From assembly GCA_964016885.1 (NCBI GenBank), contig OZ024743.1, positions 311,364,001-311,428,000 on the forward strand: a stretch of DNA of 64,000 nucleotides, read 5' to 3'. Position 1 is the first letter of the stretch. The number at the start of each line of letters is the position of its first letter. The translations under genes were made by a program, and so were the position numbers. The stretch comes from Eledone cirrhosa (taxonomy: Eukaryota). Below are positions 61,568 to 64,000 of the stretch, one piece after another. The notes below the pieces were generated by a model. It saw only the letters and a program-made list of their open reading frames with translations. It made no database searches and was not told the DNA's origin.

Positions 61568-64000
61568 ATGGCCATAAGAGTAGGAAGTTTAAATGTTCGT
61601 GGCCTGGGGTCGCCCTGGAAGCAAGGTCACTTGCTCAACGACCTCAGGTCACTAGGAATGGATGTAATTGCCATCAGCGAGACCAGAATTTCCGACACAC
61701 GCGCACTGGTGCCGATTTTCGACGATTATCAGATCTTTGCATCTGTTAGTCGGCCGGGAATGGGAGGTGGAGTGGCTGTGCTGTTTAGGAAATGTCTGGA
61801 TCTCGAGGTAAGGTCAATCTTCCGGGATCCTGACGGAAAGTTGGTGGTCCTGGACGTGAGCAATAGCGAAGGTGGTGCCTTTAGACTGGTGGCCGTCTAC
61901 GCCCCTACTGGGGCCGGTCGGCCGGACTTCTTTAGGCGCCTGGAAAACTTTCTGCTTACGTCTCGCCCTTTACTGTTAATAGGGGATTGGAATGGCATCT
62001 TAGAAGCACGCTGGGATTGTGTGGGAGTATCTGATAGGAGCGGGGGGTGCAAAAGCCTCAAGTACCTGATCAGCCAGTTTCAACTGTCTGACAGGTACCG
62101 ACTAGATTTCCCTAATGCGCCAGTATGGACCTGGACCAATCGCATAGGGTCATCTAGATCGTACATAGATAGGATTTTCATTAGGAAAAGAGATAGAAAT
62201 AGTGTAGGATGTCCACATTTTAAAACGGTTGCCTATTCAGATCACAAGCTTGTGATCTGTATGGTCGACCTAGATAAGACACGTAGGTTAGGACCTAGCT
62301 ACTGGAAGCTAAACATGTCGTTTCCGGCACGTAAAGCTTACAGGGACCGGGTCAACAACTTAGTTAAGCAAAAGTTGACAGGGGGGGTTGTCAACAACAG
62401 GTGGTGGGGGGCACTCAAAAGAGAGATTAGAGCAACCTCGATAGGATTTAGCAAAGAAGTAGCAATAGAGAAAAATAGAAAAGAGGAGGGGCTGATAGCT
62501 AAGTTAGACGAGGCTATTTGTAGTGGCATTGCAACAGACGTGCTAGCGGCGAGAATGGCACTAGACCATTTCTTCAATGCGAAACACGAAGGTTGCATTG
62601 TCAGAGCTAAGGCGCGTGCTCTGAGGAACGAGGGAACCAAAGCTGCCCGATGGGCTCGCTTTGCAGAGACGCAGCGTGGAAATAAAACCACAATTCGGTC
62701 TTTGACGGATCGAGATGGACACGAACTGAGCGATTCCAAGCGGATGTGTGAGGCCTTTCGCCAGCACTTTGCTCGATTGTTCGGGAGGATGGGTGAGTCG
62801 GAGACGGCGGCGGACTTCAGTCCCTACCTCGACGGCTTGCCACGCCTCTCGACGGCCGACGCTGAGCGCTGCGAAGAGCCGATAACATCAGCCGAAATTC
62901 AGGACGCCCTTGTCGGCTGCTCGAGTCGCAAGTCACCCGGTTTGGATGGTCTGCCCTACGAGCTTTACGTAAATATGCCAGACTTGTTCTCCGATCTCCT
63001 CGAAGCGCTCTACTGCAACTGGCAGCAGAACGGGAGCATTCCCAGTTCTGTGAGCCGTGGCGTAGTGACGCTGATAAGGAAAGACGAGAACAAGAGGGAC
63101 ACACTAGATAATTTCAGGCCCATAACCCTGCTCAACACAGAGTTTAAGATTTTGGCCAAGGTGTTAGCGAAAAGGTTGGCGCTTGTCGTCAAAGATTTGG
63201 TTGGGGAGGCGCAAACTTGCGCAATCCCGACCAGGTCCATACACGACAACCTCCACCTCATGCGATACATCATAGAGAGGGTTGGGTGCAAACCTGGCTT
63301 CGGTGGGGCTCTGATCAATTTAGATCAATCGAAAGCATTCGATAGGGTCGACCATCGGTACTTGGAGGCTGTCCTCGAGGCGGCTGGCTTCGGCCCCGTC
63401 TTCAGAAGCTGGATCGCTGCAATGTACAGCGGCATCCGCTCGGTGGTCAAAGTTAATGGCCACCTCTCGGAACCGTTTCAGATCTCTCGATCGGTCCGTC
63501 AAGGGTGCCCTCTCTCCTCACTTCTGTACGTATTGACTCTTGAGCCTCTACTGCGGAAGCTGGAGTTGTTGCAGGGCATCCCGCTCGAACCGGGACGTAG
63601 AAAGGCTGCGTCCGCTTATGCGGACGACATCACCGTGATGGTGTCGGACACCTCGGAAATCGAGGTGATCCGCACCCATTTGGAGGAATATGAAAGGTTG
63701 ACGGGAGCAAAACTTAACCCGGAAAAGTCGGTGGGCTTGCAGCTCGGCACCTGGAGAGGCAAGTCCATGCCGTCCAACAGCGTCGTTGGGCGCTGGACAG
63801 ACGGACCGGTAAAGTTGCTCGGGGTTTGGTTCGGACCAGACCTCCAGGTGGATAAGAATTGGGACGAGGTGACGAGCAGGATAGCCAACCTCACCCAGAA
63901 ATGGGCTGAGAGAAAGCTATCACTGAAAGGGCGGGCGGAGGTGGCGAACGCGTACATCGCGTCCGTCATCTACTACCGCCTGACCGTCGTGCCTTGCCCC
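61568..64000 (+). CDS. Tx1 ORF2 (APE endonuclease + RT), 3'-incomplete
   Basis: Starts MAIRVGSLNVRGL and contains GDWN, YIDRIF, SDHK, KSPGLDG, QGCPLS and YADD (in frame at 63617). It is missing from the ORF track, consistent with no stop inside the window. Confidence 0.92.
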   Translation, partial: MAIRVGSLNVRGLGSPWKQGHLLNDLRSLGMDVIAISETRISDTRALVPIFDDYQIFASVSRPGMGGGVAVLFRKCLDLEVRSIFRDPDGKLVVLDVSNSEGGAFRLVAVYAPTGAGRPDFFRRLENFLLTSRPLLLIGDWNGILEARWDCVGVSDRSGGCKSLKYLISQFQLSDRYRLDFPNAPVWTWTNRIGSSRSYIDRIFIRKRDRNSVGCPHFKTVAYSDHKLVICMVDLDKTRRLGPSYWKLNMSFPARKAYRDRVNNLVKQKLTGGVVNNRWWGALKREIRATSIGFSKEVAIEKNRKEEGLIAKLDEAICSGIATDVLAARMALDHFFNAKHEGCIVRAKARALRNEGTKAARWARFAETQRGNKTTIRSLTDRDGHELSDSKRMCEAFRQHFARLFGRMGESETAADFSPYLDGLPRLSTADAERCEEPITSAEIQDALVGCSSRKSPGLDGLPYELYVNMPDLFSDLLEALYCNWQQNGSIPSSVSRGVVTLIRKDENKRDTLDNFRPITLLNTEFKILAKVLAKRLALVVKDLVGEAQTCAIPTRSIHDNLHLMRYIIERVGCKPGFGGALINLDQSKAFDRVDHRYLEAVLEAAGFGPVFRSWIAAMYSGIRSVVKVNGHLSEPFQISRSVRQGCPLSSLLYVLTLEPLLRKLELLQGIPLEPGRRKAASAYADDITVMVSDTSEIEVIRTHLEEYERLTGAKLNPEKSVGLQLGTWRGKSMPSNSVVGRWTDGPVKLLGVWFGPDLQVDKNWDEVTSRIANLTQKWAERKLSLKGRAEVANAYIASVIYYRLTVVPCP

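Larger units (their letters stand above)
59419..64000 (+). mobile_element. Tx1/L1-group LINE, apparently intact, running off the window end
   Basis: 5' UTR, ORF1 and ORF2 in tandem, antisense to the zinc-finger gene. Confidence 0.93.

Noticed and set aside
59618-63969. Antisense and alternate-frame ORFs over the Tx1 element (also at 191-3032)
   Set aside because: Shadow ORFs of GC-rich or low-complexity LINE coding sequence.

Overview
This is AT-rich eukaryotic DNA, most likely from a coleoid cephalopod such as an octopus (inferred from the tRNA-headed SINEs and extreme (TA)n content). Bases 1-45,500 are a retroelement nest built in (TA)n microsatellites. It holds a decayed Tx1-type LINE and several Penelope-like elements (PLEs): Naiad-type copies, a near-intact two-ORF Neptune-type element present as a 7.9-kb head-to-head palindrome, and a third RT+GIY-YIG family. 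It also holds roughly eight different non-coding families with PLE-type architecture (partial tandem plus inverted 5' segment, ends running into TA repeats). About 20 minimal type-I hammerhead ribozyme (HHR) or HHR-like motifs are visible, including core variants. Bases 46,000-64,000 contain SINEs and the last two coding exons of a minus-strand C2H2 zinc-finger gene, whose intron holds a 7.3-kb 48-bp minisatellite. An RTE LINE 3' fragment and an apparently intact Tx1-type LINE running off the window end lie further right. Highlights: (1) a U_UUU_UUA -1 frameshift site joining ORF1 to the RT-endonuclease ORF of the Neptune-type PLE; (2) an element 5' end falling exactly at the predicted HHR cleavage site; (3) a tRNA-containing, HHR-less tandem element with PLE architecture; (4) a U3-A8 compensatory HHR. 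All calls were made by eye and no searches were run.
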